From IMG/VR virus record IMGVR_UViG_3300002835_000006: DNA of 64,000 nucleotides. One strand, written 5' to 3'. The position numbers and the translations under genes were made by a program. This stretch comes from a virus. Lineage: Duplodnaviria; Caudoviricetes. The notes under the pieces were generated by a model. That model saw nothing but the letters and a program-made list of their open reading frames with translations. It was not told the origin of the DNA and did not search any database. Positions 44,833 to 54,392 of the stretch are shown one piece after another. Positions within the stretch are counted from its first letter, which is position 1; each line of letters opens with the position of its first letter.

Positions 44833-45936
44833 GTGCTAATTCACGAGGAAATTGAAAAAATAAAAATTGTAATGGGGATTTCTGAAGCAAAAAAAACTTC
44901 AAACGATGCCCCTTTTATGAACGTCAATCTAAGAAAAGTTGTTGATACTCTAACCTTTCTGAAACTCTACAACAAAAAAATAGAAAATTTACTTTGGAAA
45001 ATATCTAAATTGTCGGAGGACCGAATTATCGATTTTGAGATGGTGGATAGAGGTTTAAGAAAAATTCTTCTCAAAAAAGGGGATAAAAAAAAGAATATTG
45101 AAGAATATTTCAGAAACATCCTTATCTCTTTGAAATTCAGAGAAAGAGGTGGTTATGGGGTCGAACCTGAAAGTGAAGATTATGAATTTGAACCCGAGGA
45201 ACCGTCAATTTTACCTAAAAAGGTTTATAAGAAGGAATTATATTTTCTACAAATTGAACTAGTGAAGATGCAGGAATGGTTGAGAAAAACGGGAAAAACT
45301 GTGATTATAGTTTTCGAGGGTAGAGATTCTGCGGGTAAGGGTTCCACAATCAAAAAATTTACAGAAAATTTAAATCCAAGATACTATAATGTAATTGCTT
45401 TAGGTATACCCAACCCCGAAGAAAGGAAAAATTGGTGGAATAGATACCGAGACAAAATCAAACCAGGAATGATAAATTTCCTCGACAGAAGTTGGTATAA
45501 TAGAGGTTTAGTCGAGCCTGTTATGGGATATGGTACCCCTGAAGAATATGAAGATTTCATGGAGAACGTTGAGGATTTCGAGAACGATTTGGTAAAAGAA
45601 GGAGATTATCTCTTTAAACTATGGTTTTCAATTGATAAAGAAACTCAAAAAAGAAGATTTCAGATGAGACAACAGTCTCCATTAAAATATTGGAAGTATT
45701 CCCCTAATGACGCTCAAATGCAAGATTTATGGGACAGATTCACAGAATTCAAAGAAAAATTGTTTGATAAAACTTCAACAGTAAATCACCCGTGGGTAAT
45801 TATTGATTCACAAGATAAAAGAATCTCAGGGTTGAATTCAATAAGATATGTTTTACAGAACATACCATATGAAGGTAAAAACGAAAAAGTTTTAGAGGGA
45901 GTTTATCCTGAAGTTTTAGCCGTTTTGAGGCCTTAA
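44833..45936 (+). CDS. ppk2: polyphosphate kinase 2 with N-terminal extension
   Basis: IVFEGRDSAGKGSTIK; FLDRSWYNR..VEPVMG; KLWFSI; WKYSPND; PWVIIDS.DK. Confidence 0.92.
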   Translation: MLIHEEIEKIKIVMGISEAKKTSNDAPFMNVNLRKVVDTLTFLKLYNKKIENLLWKISKLSEDRIIDFEMVDRGLRKILLKKGDKKKNIEEYFRNILISLKFRERGGYGVEPESEDYEFEPEEPSILPKKVYKKELYFLQIELVKMQEWLRKTGKTVIIVFEGRDSAGKGSTIKKFTENLNPRYYNVIALGIPNPEERKNWWNRYRDKIKPGMINFLDRSWYNRGLVEPVMGYGTPEEYEDFMENVEDFENDLVKEGDYLFKLWFSIDKETQKRRFQMRQQSPLKYWKYSPNDAQMQDLWDRFTEFKEKLFDKTSTVNHPWVIIDSQDKRISGLNSIRYVLQNIPYEGKNEKVLEGVYPEVLAVLRP

Positions 45937-46124
45937 AAATCTTTGTTTATATCTCGTATGGACATCATCATCCATATGTCAAAAATTATGAACACTAATA
46001 TGTGTTCAATTTCTGATATGGGTAAACTATTCTTATAATAACTCCGTTGGAATAACCACATGAATATTTTGTAACCACAATAAATTCTACAGAAAAGGAA
46101 TAAAAATCCCACTAAATTTTTCAT
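45933..46124 (-). CDS. small membrane protein
   Basis: Two hydrophobic stretches. Confidence 0.55.
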   Translation of the reverse strand: MKNLVGFLFLFCRIYCGYKIFMWLFQRSYYKNSLPISEIEHILVFIIFDIWMMMSIRDINKDF

Positions 46125-46164
46125 AACTAAAAATAAAACTATTTATATAAAAAAACAATTTTTT

Positions 46165-46791
46165 ATGGATAAACTGAAAACCCTAATAAAAGAGAGTTTA
46201 GAAGAATACTTGGACAGGTCTTTAGTGATGAAAGAAAATGTTGAAATTTCTGATTCATTAAAATATCACATTGAAAACGGATTATCACTTACAAATAACA
46301 TTTTTAGAGTTTATTCAGAGGGATATTTTAAATTGGTAAATGAGGTGAGAACTCTTTGGGAAAACGGTTCTATTGAATTAAATGAAGAAGATACATTGAT
46401 GGTTGAATCAGACTTAGGAAAGAAGGTAAAAATAGACGGAGAGATAGTTTATTTGGATGCACCCTATATTTTAGAGGAATGGACAGAGGAAGAAATCATC
46501 GAAGAAGCCAAACACAGAGGTAAAAATGTAAAATTAAATAAACCTTTCAGAACACCGGGTGGTCCTAAGAAATTTGCGGTTTATGTTAAATCAAAAGGGG
46601 GTGGTGTTAAAAAAGTAACCTTTGGTGACCCTAAATTGAAAGTTAGGAATAGAAATAAAGGTGCTGCCAAATCTTTCAGAGCACGACATAGATGTGACCA
46701 AAAAAAGGATAGAACTACCGCTGGTTATTGGTCATGTAATGTTGGAAGATATGCAAAACAATTAGGTTTGGCTTCTAAAAATGCTTGGTGA
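46165..46791 (+). CDS. conserved large-phage protein with basic C-terminal domain
   Basis: KKFAVYVK...KKVTFGDP...SFRARHRC...AGYWSC; acidic N-half with IIEE-type sites. Confidence 0.75.
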   Translation: MDKLKTLIKESLEEYLDRSLVMKENVEISDSLKYHIENGLSLTNNIFRVYSEGYFKLVNEVRTLWENGSIELNEEDTLMVESDLGKKVKIDGEIVYLDAPYILEEWTEEEIIEEAKHRGKNVKLNKPFRTPGGPKKFAVYVKSKGGGVKKVTFGDPKLKVRNRNKGAAKSFRARHRCDQKKDRTTAGYWSCNVGRYAKQLGLASKNAW

Positions 46792-47132
46792 TGGATGTCG
46801 AAAGAATAAAAAAATATTTACAAAATTATTTGGATTCAGTTGTAACCTCTAGAATCAAACAAGATTTACCAGAAGGTGAAGATGTCAAGTTTATTGTTCA
46901 CGATATCCTAAAGGGAAGTTATAATCCTCCAATAATTCATGTTTTTATTGATACTGAGCCTGAGTCTTTTGTGTCTAAAGGTTGGGATGTCCCACATAGA
47001 AAACATAAATCTGTAGAAAAAGATGTAGAAGATTTTTTCAAACTATTATCTTTAGATAATAAGATAAAGGTACATTGGAACAAAAGACCCTTTTTCAGAA
47101 AAGGAAAACAGAGAAATGACTTTTCCATTTGA
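46791..47132 (+). CDS. hypothetical protein (distant 'YPxI' family)
   Basis: IKKYLQNYL...EDFFKLLSL. Confidence 0.65.
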   Translation: MDVERIKKYLQNYLDSVVTSRIKQDLPEGEDVKFIVHDILKGSYNPPIIHVFIDTEPESFVSKGWDVPHRKHKSVEKDVEDFFKLLSLDNKIKVHWNKRPFFRKGKQRNDFSI

Positions 47133-47382
47133 ACAAAATAAAACGGAATCTGGGAAAATTATTAGAACTTTCTATCCTGATGTTGATACAGAGGAGTTGA
47201 AATGGCATCAAGATTTGAAAGACCGAAAAGTCACAATTGTTGAAGACGGAGGGTGGTCTTTTCAAATTGATGATGGATTGCCGAACAAATTGTCCGTTGC
47301 CGAGCAAATCTTTATCCCAAAACTTGTTTGGCATAGAGTTATCAAAGGTACAGGAAAACTTATAGTTGAAATTGAAGAATAA
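47116..47382 (+). CDS. small cupin-like protein
   Basis: LKWHQD; GWSFQID; IFIPKLVWHRVIKG. Confidence 0.7.
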   Translation: MTFPFEQNKTESGKIIRTFYPDVDTEELKWHQDLKDRKVTIVEDGGWSFQIDDGLPNKLSVAEQIFIPKLVWHRVIKGTGKLIVEIEE

Positions 47383-47407
47383 AACCCACCATCAGGTTGG
47401 TTTTATT

Positions 47408-48367
47408 TTACGCAATATCCGGTTGTTCGTAAATTGGAGGTGCAGTTTCAGTTACGAATAGATTTTGAATTTGGTTTTGATATGTCCTGTAATTTTGGGT
47501 TTCTTCGACAAATTCAATAGGAATGACTCTTGATTCAGTAGTCTCTTCAGTATAGTTTATACATTCTTGATGAACTTGTTCCTGTATTTCGGCGGAACAT
47601 AAATTTTTGTTAGTTTCTTTAGATGAGAAAATTTTTCTCACTGTGGAAAACAAATAATCATCTACATCTAATAAAAGATAATCAACCCTGCTATCTTCAG
47701 CATTCCAAAAACTAAGTTCTTTTTCTCCATCCAAAGATTTATATCCTGCGAATTTATAACCTGAAATTTTATTGATGAAATAAACCAAAATACCCCGCCT
47801 CCAATACTTCTCGAAATATTGTTTTTCTCTACTGTAAGTTGTACACCATCTTGTTGTTGCACCATATTTTGCGGAAGCGGCAAAGGTCAAAGGTCTGATA
47901 ATAACCCACTTGTCGTCCTCATATTCTTTTATAATTTCACCCTCTAAATCTTTAGTCCATTCTTTCATTGAAGCGAGTGCGATGGCTCCTCTGATTGAAT
48001 CTAAATCATCGTATTTTAGGACATCTTTGTTTTCAATCAAACCCCTTTCCATATATTCCATAAATTGAGTGATTGAGTTTAGGTTGTCGTTGGTAAAATA
48101 ATCAATCATATGGGTTATTACATAAATCTCGTTTGCATCTAAATCTTCCACGTCAAGTCCTGAAGAGGTCAATCTTGATTTGTATTCTTCGATTCGGGAT
48201 TTTACTTCATTTTCATATTGATGATTTACGTCAAATCTTTTTGAAAAAATCTTACAAATTAGAGGTAAATATTTGTTTGATTTTGAAATGTCCAACCTTG
48301 TCATAATATCAAAAAAAGACAAGTTTAGATGAGGATACTTTTCTTTGAGTTCTTTTATACGAGACAT
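47408..48367 (-). CDS. PcfJ-like/'WCT' domain protein
   Basis: P.T..AS.KYG..TRWCTT...YF..Y...G.LVYFINK; FWNAED. Confidence 0.7.
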   Translation of the reverse strand: MSRIKELKEKYPHLNLSFFDIMTRLDISKSNKYLPLICKIFSKRFDVNHQYENEVKSRIEEYKSRLTSSGLDVEDLDANEIYVITHMIDYFTNDNLNSITQFMEYMERGLIENKDVLKYDDLDSIRGAIALASMKEWTKDLEGEIIKEYEDDKWVIIRPLTFAASAKYGATTRWCTTYSREKQYFEKYWRRGILVYFINKISGYKFAGYKSLDGEKELSFWNAEDSRVDYLLLDVDDYLFSTVRKIFSSKETNKNLCSAEIQEQVHQECINYTEETTESRVIPIEFVEETQNYRTYQNQIQNLFVTETAPPIYEQPDIA

Positions 48368-48410
48368 GATATTTTTTTTCAAATGATAATCGAAAATTGA
48401 ATTACAGTCA

Positions 48411-48443
48411 AAAAAAAAGAAGGTGAGTTATTCACCTTCTTTT
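48411..48443 (-). terminator. terminator downstream of tRNA-Ser
   Basis: AAAAGAAGGTGA-GTTAT-TCACCTTCTTTT with A-run (T-run on the minus strand). Confidence 0.75.
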
Positions 48444-48445
48444 AG

Positions 48446-48532
48446 CGGAGGCTCAGGGATTCGAACCCCAGTTACCCTCACGAGTAATTCAGTTTTCAAG
48501 ACTGACGCATTCGACCGCTCTGCCAAACCTCC
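48446..48532 (-). tRNA. trnS: tRNA-Ser(TGA)
   Basis: GGAGGTT acceptor; TGGCAGAGCGGTCGAATGCG; TCAGT-CTTGAAA-ACTGA; long variable arm; GGTTCGAATCC; CCA not encoded. Confidence 0.95.
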
Positions 48533-48568
48533 GTTGGTTTTACAAAACAATAATACTATATTTGTGAT

Positions 48569-48994
48569 ATGAAAACAATATTTTTTATAATTTTTATTCT
48601 AACATTTCAGATTTCTTATTCACAAACATCTGACCTTCTTTATGTACCTGAGGATAAATCTCTTATTGTTACCTACAACAATAATTCAGGAGTTGGTTTT
48701 TACGTAGGAGGTAGTTTTATCACATATTTTAGTCAACAGTTCGTCTATACAAGACCAGTTGCTATTATAAACAGACTAGGTTTAAATTTAACTTATAAAA
48801 ATAAAACCTCCGTTTTATTAGGAGCCTCGATAAATAAAAATTTTAATTTATTAGATTTACAACCCGAGATGTGGTTAAAAATAAATCCTCTAAGAATTAT
48901 TCTTAAAACACCTAAAGGGTTCGATTTATCGTTTGCTGTTGGATATTCACAGGACATCAAATATGGTCTCGGAATGTCAATAAACTATTGGTAA
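48569..48994 (+). CDS. secreted small beta-barrel-like protein
   Basis: Signal peptide ending SYS/Q; amphipathic strands; C-terminal YGLGMSINYW; TATATTTG 48557-64. Confidence 0.7.
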   Translation: MKTIFFIIFILTFQISYSQTSDLLYVPEDKSLIVTYNNNSGVGFYVGGSFITYFSQQFVYTRPVAIINRLGLNLTYKNKTSVLLGASINKNFNLLDLQPEMWLKINPLRIILKTPKGFDLSFAVGYSQDIKYGLGMSINYW

Positions 48995-49005
48995 TATTTA
49001 TCAGT

Positions 49006-49749
49006 ATGTATGTAAATTTTTTTAAAAAGATAATTGTTGGAAAACCTATAATTGTTGGTACTTACCAATATAATTTTTTGGATGTAGTACCATATGAAGA
49101 AGGTCTTGAAGATACTCCTGCTTTTATTGTAAATGTTACAACAAAGAATCCATTTCAATCTTATTGTAAACAAAAAATGTTGGACGATATCCAACAAATA
49201 ATATACGATAAAATTAGATTGATTGGTTTAGATAATAAATTATCGTTTGGTTTGGATTTAGAATTTAACGGCATGGAGCCTTTGAGCGTTTTTGTAAGTC
49301 AGGAGGACAGAGAAAAACTCATTTTCCAATTAAACAAAAAACTAAAATTTTTCAAATATAAGAATCAAAAAAAACAAGAAGTTGTTTTTGAGGTTGAATT
49401 TTCAGCATCGGAAAACTTTGTAAACGTCGAACGGAGTGATGAAATATATTTCAGTTTCGATTTGAATCTTAGACGTTTTGAAGTTGATGGTCAACCAATT
49501 CCTGTAATACAAAAATATGGGAATAGATTTAATGATTTTGCAACGATGATTCAGCAAGAAATATGTTCAAATGATGATACATTTCGTGTTGAAATTGAAA
49601 ATATAATTTATGATGTGATAGAACCATCTATGCAATTGACCTCAACAGAAATGTACTATGTTGCTAATTTTTTTGTTAGAAAAATAAATGGTGTTGAAGT
49701 AGAACAAAAATTCGGTGTTGACCCGGCAGACTATCCAGAATTTATTTAG
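49006..49749 (+). CDS. hypothetical protein
   Basis: ATATTTAT upstream of ATG 49006. Confidence 0.75.
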   Translation: MYVNFFKKIIVGKPIIVGTYQYNFLDVVPYEEGLEDTPAFIVNVTTKNPFQSYCKQKMLDDIQQIIYDKIRLIGLDNKLSFGLDLEFNGMEPLSVFVSQEDREKLIFQLNKKLKFFKYKNQKKQEVVFEVEFSASENFVNVERSDEIYFSFDLNLRRFEVDGQPIPVIQKYGNRFNDFATMIQQEICSNDDTFRVEIENIIYDVIEPSMQLTSTEMYYVANFFVRKINGVEVEQKFGVDPADYPEFI

Positions 49750-50362
49750 AAATTCTGTTTTTTATTTGTAATAATAATTCTCTCAAAATTTCGGAAACGG
49801 CGAGAACTAATCCTGAACCTATAATTCTTGAAACAATCAAATCCAAATTTTTTTCCAAATCTCCTGTTTTCAAAAAATCAACAATATCCATAACTATTGG
49901 GACTAGAAATCCGTAGGATACTATTTCTGAAATCGAACTCAAGCTGATTCTCAACGACTGAATAAAATTCATGAAAGATTTTTTTAACTGCAATCCTACT
50001 GATAGAACTTTCTCAAAAGGTTCTTCCAAATTTTGATTTTTGATTTCTTCATGAATTCTTTTGAAATACTTTTTGTTATCGTAGAAGATTGCCGCCGCAC
50101 AACCAATCAATATCAAAGCGGCTTGATTTTCATCTAATTGAAAATTTCCTGTTTTTATCAGTTGGTCCAATGGTAGGACCATTCCACCTAATGCCGCGCC
50201 CCATGTAAGTAATAATTTTGTGTTGATGGAATATTTTTTCTTTACACGGTGTACAATATTTTTTGCAAAGGAATACATTTCCTTCATGTATTCGGAAAAT
50301 TTCTCACTGTTGGTTTCCAACACTAATCTTCTAAATTGATTTTCAGTAATTACAAAATCCAT
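49742..50362 (-). CDS. leader-bearing protein with hydrophobic helices
   Basis: MDFVITENQFRRLVLE; LLLTWGAALGGMVLPL; ALILIGCAAAIFY. Confidence 0.8.
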   Translation of the reverse strand: MDFVITENQFRRLVLETNSEKFSEYMKEMYSFAKNIVHRVKKKYSINTKLLLTWGAALGGMVLPLDQLIKTGNFQLDENQAALILIGCAAAIFYDNKKYFKRIHEEIKNQNLEEPFEKVLSVGLQLKKSFMNFIQSLRISLSSISEIVSYGFLVPIVMDIVDFLKTGDLEKNLDLIVSRIIGSGLVLAVSEILRELLLQIKNRISK

Positions 50363-50395
50363 AACAATAAATATACTCGTAGTATTTATTATAGT

Positions 50396-50995
50396 ATGAA
50401 AAGTATAACAAATGCTCCTTTGTCTGTTGGAGATAGAATAATGTGTTTATACATGGAAGGTGAAACTTCTGTAACTCCTGGTACTTTGGGGAAAGTTACG
50501 GCAATAACAAAAGACCCTTTCGAAAAGGATTCGGAAATAATTTCAGTAAAATGGGATAATGGCTCTTCACTTTCCTTACTTACTGTCACCGACGCATGGA
50601 AAAAAATTGTAGACGACAAAATCAATGAGTCCAGGGATTCGGCTTTGGAGTCTTTTAAAAGAAATAAAGAAATTTTCAAACATTTTGATTGGAGATTTTT
50701 TAGAGATTTCCTATACAAGTTGAGGGACACAGGAATTGTAAATATGTTCGGTGCAGCACCTTTGATTTATGCAGGTAAGGACCATATTGACCGGTATTAC
50801 GGAGAAGGTAAAGAAGATGATGAGGATTTTCAAGAATTCTTGAACGATGCCGAAAAGGCTAGAAATCTTTTTATTTCAAACTTGATAGAATATATGGCGG
50901 CCAAAAATATGGATGTTGATAATATGGATTTGGTAAATTCAAAGGCCAGAGAAATCAGTAAGAAATTTTTAGATATATATATTTCCTTTAGTTAG
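50396..50995 (+). CDS. DUF4314-like + DUF5049-like fusion protein
   Basis: VGDRI....M......PGTLGKV...D...I.VKWDNGSSL.L...D.W; KLRDTGIVNMF. Confidence 0.7.
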   Translation: MKSITNAPLSVGDRIMCLYMEGETSVTPGTLGKVTAITKDPFEKDSEIISVKWDNGSSLSLLTVTDAWKKIVDDKINESRDSALESFKRNKEIFKHFDWRFFRDFLYKLRDTGIVNMFGAAPLIYAGKDHIDRYYGEGKEDDEDFQEFLNDAEKARNLFISNLIEYMAAKNMDVDNMDLVNSKAREISKKFLDIYISFS

Positions 50996-52052
50996 ATAAA
51001 GGTGCCTTGATTGATGGATGAAATTTATAATTTTTCAATTTCAAATCCTCAAATTTAATTTCATCCCAATCTACCAAATATCCATCTTTGAATTTGAAAT
51101 CAAAATCTAAATCTAAGGTAGGTAAATTGAACGGTTCACGTTCAATTTGTTCTTTGGCTTGTTCGATGTGGTCAAGGTATAAATGTGTGTCACCCAAATT
51201 ACCAATAAGTTGGTCAGGTATCATGTTTGTTAATTTGCCGAGCAACATAAGTAAAAGTCCATATGATGCGATATTGAAGGGCAACCCAAGAAATGTATCC
51301 ACAGAACGTTGGTTCCACATAAGAGAAATTGCTCTTTTTGGAGTTTTGTCGTAATAATCATTCTCGAAATCAGGAACTACGTTTTCATCATACTCCATAC
51401 CGGTTTCGTAGTTTTTATTGAACCAAAGTCTATACCTTTCAGAGTAAGAAAGTTCTCTTGTATAAACTTGAAACCCATAGTGACAAGGGGGTAAAACCAT
51501 TTCATCAAGTTCAGCAACATTCCATGCATTTACCATGAGTCTTCGGCTATCAGGTTCATTCCTAAGTTGGTAAATCAATCTCGAGATTTGGTCATACCAA
51601 ATTGAACCTCTTCTATCTCCATCATTCAAATCCATCCAACCTTGCCAACATCTCCATTGTTTACCATAAATTGGACCTAACTCACCAAACTTTTTGGCAA
51701 AATCAGAATTTTTTTTGATTTCATCAATGAACCATTCTTTTGATGGAATATCCTCATGACCCATGAATACTTTTTGATAATTTTTGTAAGCATCACCATC
51801 CCAAATATGACATCCATTATCAACTAAGAATTTTATATTAGTATCACCTCTTAAAAACCACAATAGTTCAGTGACCATAGTCTTCCAAGCCATCTTTTTC
51901 GTCGTCAGTAAAGGAAATCCTTCACTCATATTGTGACGGATTTGTCGTCCAAAAACTGATAACGTGCCTGTTCCTGTTCTATCTTTTTTTTCCACACCCC
52001 AATGAAGAATGTCTTCAAGTAGTGCTTGATATCTTGCATCTAAATTATTCAT
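50988..52052 (-). CDS. thyA: thymidylate synthase
   Basis: DRTGTGTLSVFG; FPLLTTKK; ELLWFLRG; GPIYGKQWR; PDSRR; LPPCH; NQRSVD.FLGLPFNIASY. Confidence 0.97.
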   Translation of the reverse strand: MNNLDARYQALLEDILHWGVEKKDRTGTGTLSVFGRQIRHNMSEGFPLLTTKKMAWKTMVTELLWFLRGDTNIKFLVDNGCHIWDGDAYKNYQKVFMGHEDIPSKEWFIDEIKKNSDFAKKFGELGPIYGKQWRCWQGWMDLNDGDRRGSIWYDQISRLIYQLRNEPDSRRLMVNAWNVAELDEMVLPPCHYGFQVYTRELSYSERYRLWFNKNYETGMEYDENVVPDFENDYYDKTPKRAISLMWNQRSVDTFLGLPFNIASYGLLLMLLGKLTNMIPDQLIGNLGDTHLYLDHIEQAKEQIEREPFNLPTLDLDFDFKFKDGYLVDWDEIKFEDLKLKNYKFHPSIKAPLSN

Positions 52053-52236
52053 AGTTTCTCTTAGTAAAAAATCCTGAATGTAGTTTTGCGTTATTTAAAG
52101 CGAGTTGAACAGCATTCAATTTATCCATCTGAGGATTTAATCTCATGAGATTTTCAACGGAATGTAGAACGTGGTCTTTAACCTTTAGTTTTTCGGCTTC
52201 TTTGAGTAAGCTTTCAATTAGTTCATCATTTTTCAT
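52045..52236 (-). CDS. small helical hypothetical protein
   Basis: Overlaps thyA start. Confidence 0.6.
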   Translation of the reverse strand: MKNDELIESLLKEAEKLKVKDHVLHSVENLMRLNPQMDKLNAVQLALNNAKLHSGFFTKRNYE

Positions 52237-52249
52237 AAAAAAAACAAAT

Positions 52250-52459
52250 TCATTTTTCAATCAACATGATTGTATTTTGGATAGGAAATCTTGCAACAGG
52301 TAGTCTACTTGATTCTTCATTTGTGGTTTCTTTCATTACCTCGTAGAACCCCTCTTCTTTCACTTTGACAGTTGGAACATTAGAACAGGAAAAAATGATT
52401 TTTGTGTTTTCGGTAACCTGTACGGTTTTGGTTGTTGTGTTAAATAATAATGTAAGCAT
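52250..52459 (-). CDS. small hypothetical protein
   Basis: MLTLLFNT...VARFPIQNT. Confidence 0.6.
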   Translation of the reverse strand: MLTLLFNTTTKTVQVTENTKIIFSCSNVPTVKVKEEGFYEVMKETTNEESSRLPVARFPIQNTIMLIEK

Positions 52460-52634
52460 TTGATTATGTTTTAAAAATGGAAACAAGCGGATTTAAATAA
52501 GGCTACAAGCAAATTACCAAGTTACTAACAGAAATTTGAATCACACTTGTTTCCAAAAACAAAATTACAACAATTTTTATTTCTAGTCAAATATAAAAAA
52601 AGATATTTTCAAAGATATTTATAAAGAAAAAATT

Positions 52635-54362
52635 ATGAATCCTTGGTTTTTACAACAAGTTTCTAACGAAGAAAAAGAAAATATTTTATCAAAACATAAA
52701 GAGCTCTATAATGGTTATCAAACGATGCAACCCAAAGTATCGAATGAACAACCACTTTATGTTCAAGATTTTGCAAAAGATAAGTTGGGTGCTACTTTGA
52801 CAAATGATGGTAAACTTGTTGGATACACTAATAAGATTTATGAGCAGTTTGACCAACATATGACTGAAGAAAAGACTATGTGTTCCGAATGTGGTTCAGA
52901 AATGAGAGAAGGAGAATGTTCAGAGTGTGGTTACAGAATGGAAGAAATCGATGAAAATCAAATAGTTGTTAAAGGGATTTGTGACAATTGTGGAGGATTT
53001 TTAGAAGGGGGTGAATGTCCTGAATGTGGACATAAATTGGAAGGTGAAATGGAAGAGGAAACTGATACAAAGGAAAGAAAAAAATCTAGATTTGAAAAAT
53101 GGATGGAGAGTGATGAAGATACAAAGTTGGAAAGGGCTTTGAAAAAATTCGGAGACTTTTTAATGGATTTGGAAGATGAAATAGACGGTAGAAAAAAAGA
53201 AAAAGAAGAAACTAATGAAGGAATTTTTGATATACCAGACATTAAAAAGGTTTTCAAAAAAAGAGAGGTTAAAGATAGGAGACCTTACGAACCTGAAGCA
53301 ATTGAAAAAATAATCAGGCTAATACAAGACGCAAGAAATGAACAACATTTGGATTCTGCGATGAGAATGTTTAGAACCTTGGAGGACATGAACCCCGAAA
53401 TGCACGAAATTTATAAAATGAGGGTCCTAAATGCATTCAAGAGAAGGGCTGATGAATTGGATTATTATTTGAAGAAGAAAAATATTGGTGAAGGTAAGGG
53501 TAAACTCAGTGACATCTATAGTGTAAAAGATTTAGACTTAAAAGGGGAGTTTGATTATGTGGAAGGTGGTGATAACTACGACAATTCATTTGAGAAAGAC
53601 CATCACATGAAAAAAATCATGAGTAAGGAAAATGCAACCTCTAATGCTCCTATGGGAAAACACTACGATGAAATAGAAGAACCTTATAATTTTAAATCAG
53701 GCGGACCTGTTGGTGACGGAGGGACTTTGAGACAAAAACCAATATCTAGTATAAAATCGGCTGCAATTGGACTTAAAGAAGGTGGTTTCACGGGAGGTGG
53801 AAATGCTCCCGATATGGATTTGAGTAACGTGGACCCAGCTTTCAATTTCGATTCAGAAGGACCCGTTGATGATACATTCACAATTCCGGCTGATGATATG
53901 GATTTAGATGAGAAAGACGTAAAAAAACCATATAAATTTGTATCAGGTGGAGGTAACGAAAATGGTGGGGATGTTTACCCTGTGTATGAGGATATGTCCT
54001 CTGCTTGGGATGAAGAACTTGAAGAAGTTGATATTTCAGGGGCTCAAGCATCACAAACTTCAGCAAAAAAACCATATGCGTTTGTTAGCACAGGTCCAGG
54101 TAAAGCGGGTCCATATCAAACTCATAGTTGGGGTGGTGAACTGCTCGGTGGGTATGAAGGAGAGAATGAAGATGCTTATTGGGATTTAGAACCAAATGAG
54201 TTAGACCCTGATAAAATAGACAGAGAAGCCTCTTGGGAAGATATAACATCTATGACAGGTGAGGATGAATTTTCAAATCTGAGTGAAGATATCGTTGAAA
54301 ACATTGTGGTTCAGAAGAACAAAATCAACGAGATGATGGAACGAATGAAAAAATTTAATTGA
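52635..54362 (+). CDS. acidic leader-bearing protein with Zn-ribbons and internal repeats (prohead core/internal protein candidate)
   Basis: VSNEEKENILSKH leader; CSEC..CSEC; CDNC..CPEC; repeated PYxFxSxGP. Confidence 0.8.
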   Translation: MNPWFLQQVSNEEKENILSKHKELYNGYQTMQPKVSNEQPLYVQDFAKDKLGATLTNDGKLVGYTNKIYEQFDQHMTEEKTMCSECGSEMREGECSECGYRMEEIDENQIVVKGICDNCGGFLEGGECPECGHKLEGEMEEETDTKERKKSRFEKWMESDEDTKLERALKKFGDFLMDLEDEIDGRKKEKEETNEGIFDIPDIKKVFKKREVKDRRPYEPEAIEKIIRLIQDARNEQHLDSAMRMFRTLEDMNPEMHEIYKMRVLNAFKRRADELDYYLKKKNIGEGKGKLSDIYSVKDLDLKGEFDYVEGGDNYDNSFEKDHHMKKIMSKENATSNAPMGKHYDEIEEPYNFKSGGPVGDGGTLRQKPISSIKSAAIGLKEGGFTGGGNAPDMDLSNVDPAFNFDSEGPVDDTFTIPADDMDLDEKDVKKPYKFVSGGGNENGGDVYPVYEDMSSAWDEELEEVDISGAQASQTSAKKPYAFVSTGPGKAGPYQTHSWGGELLGGYEGENEDAYWDLEPNELDPDKIDREASWEDITSMTGEDEFSNLSEDIVENIVVQKNKINEMMERMKKFN

Positions 54363-54367
54363 TAAAT

Positions 54368-54392
54368 AAACCCCTCTTATGAGGGGTTTTTT
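54368..54392. terminator. bidirectional terminator between convergent genes
   Basis: AAACCCCTC-TTAT-GAGGGGTTT then T-run. Confidence 0.8.
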
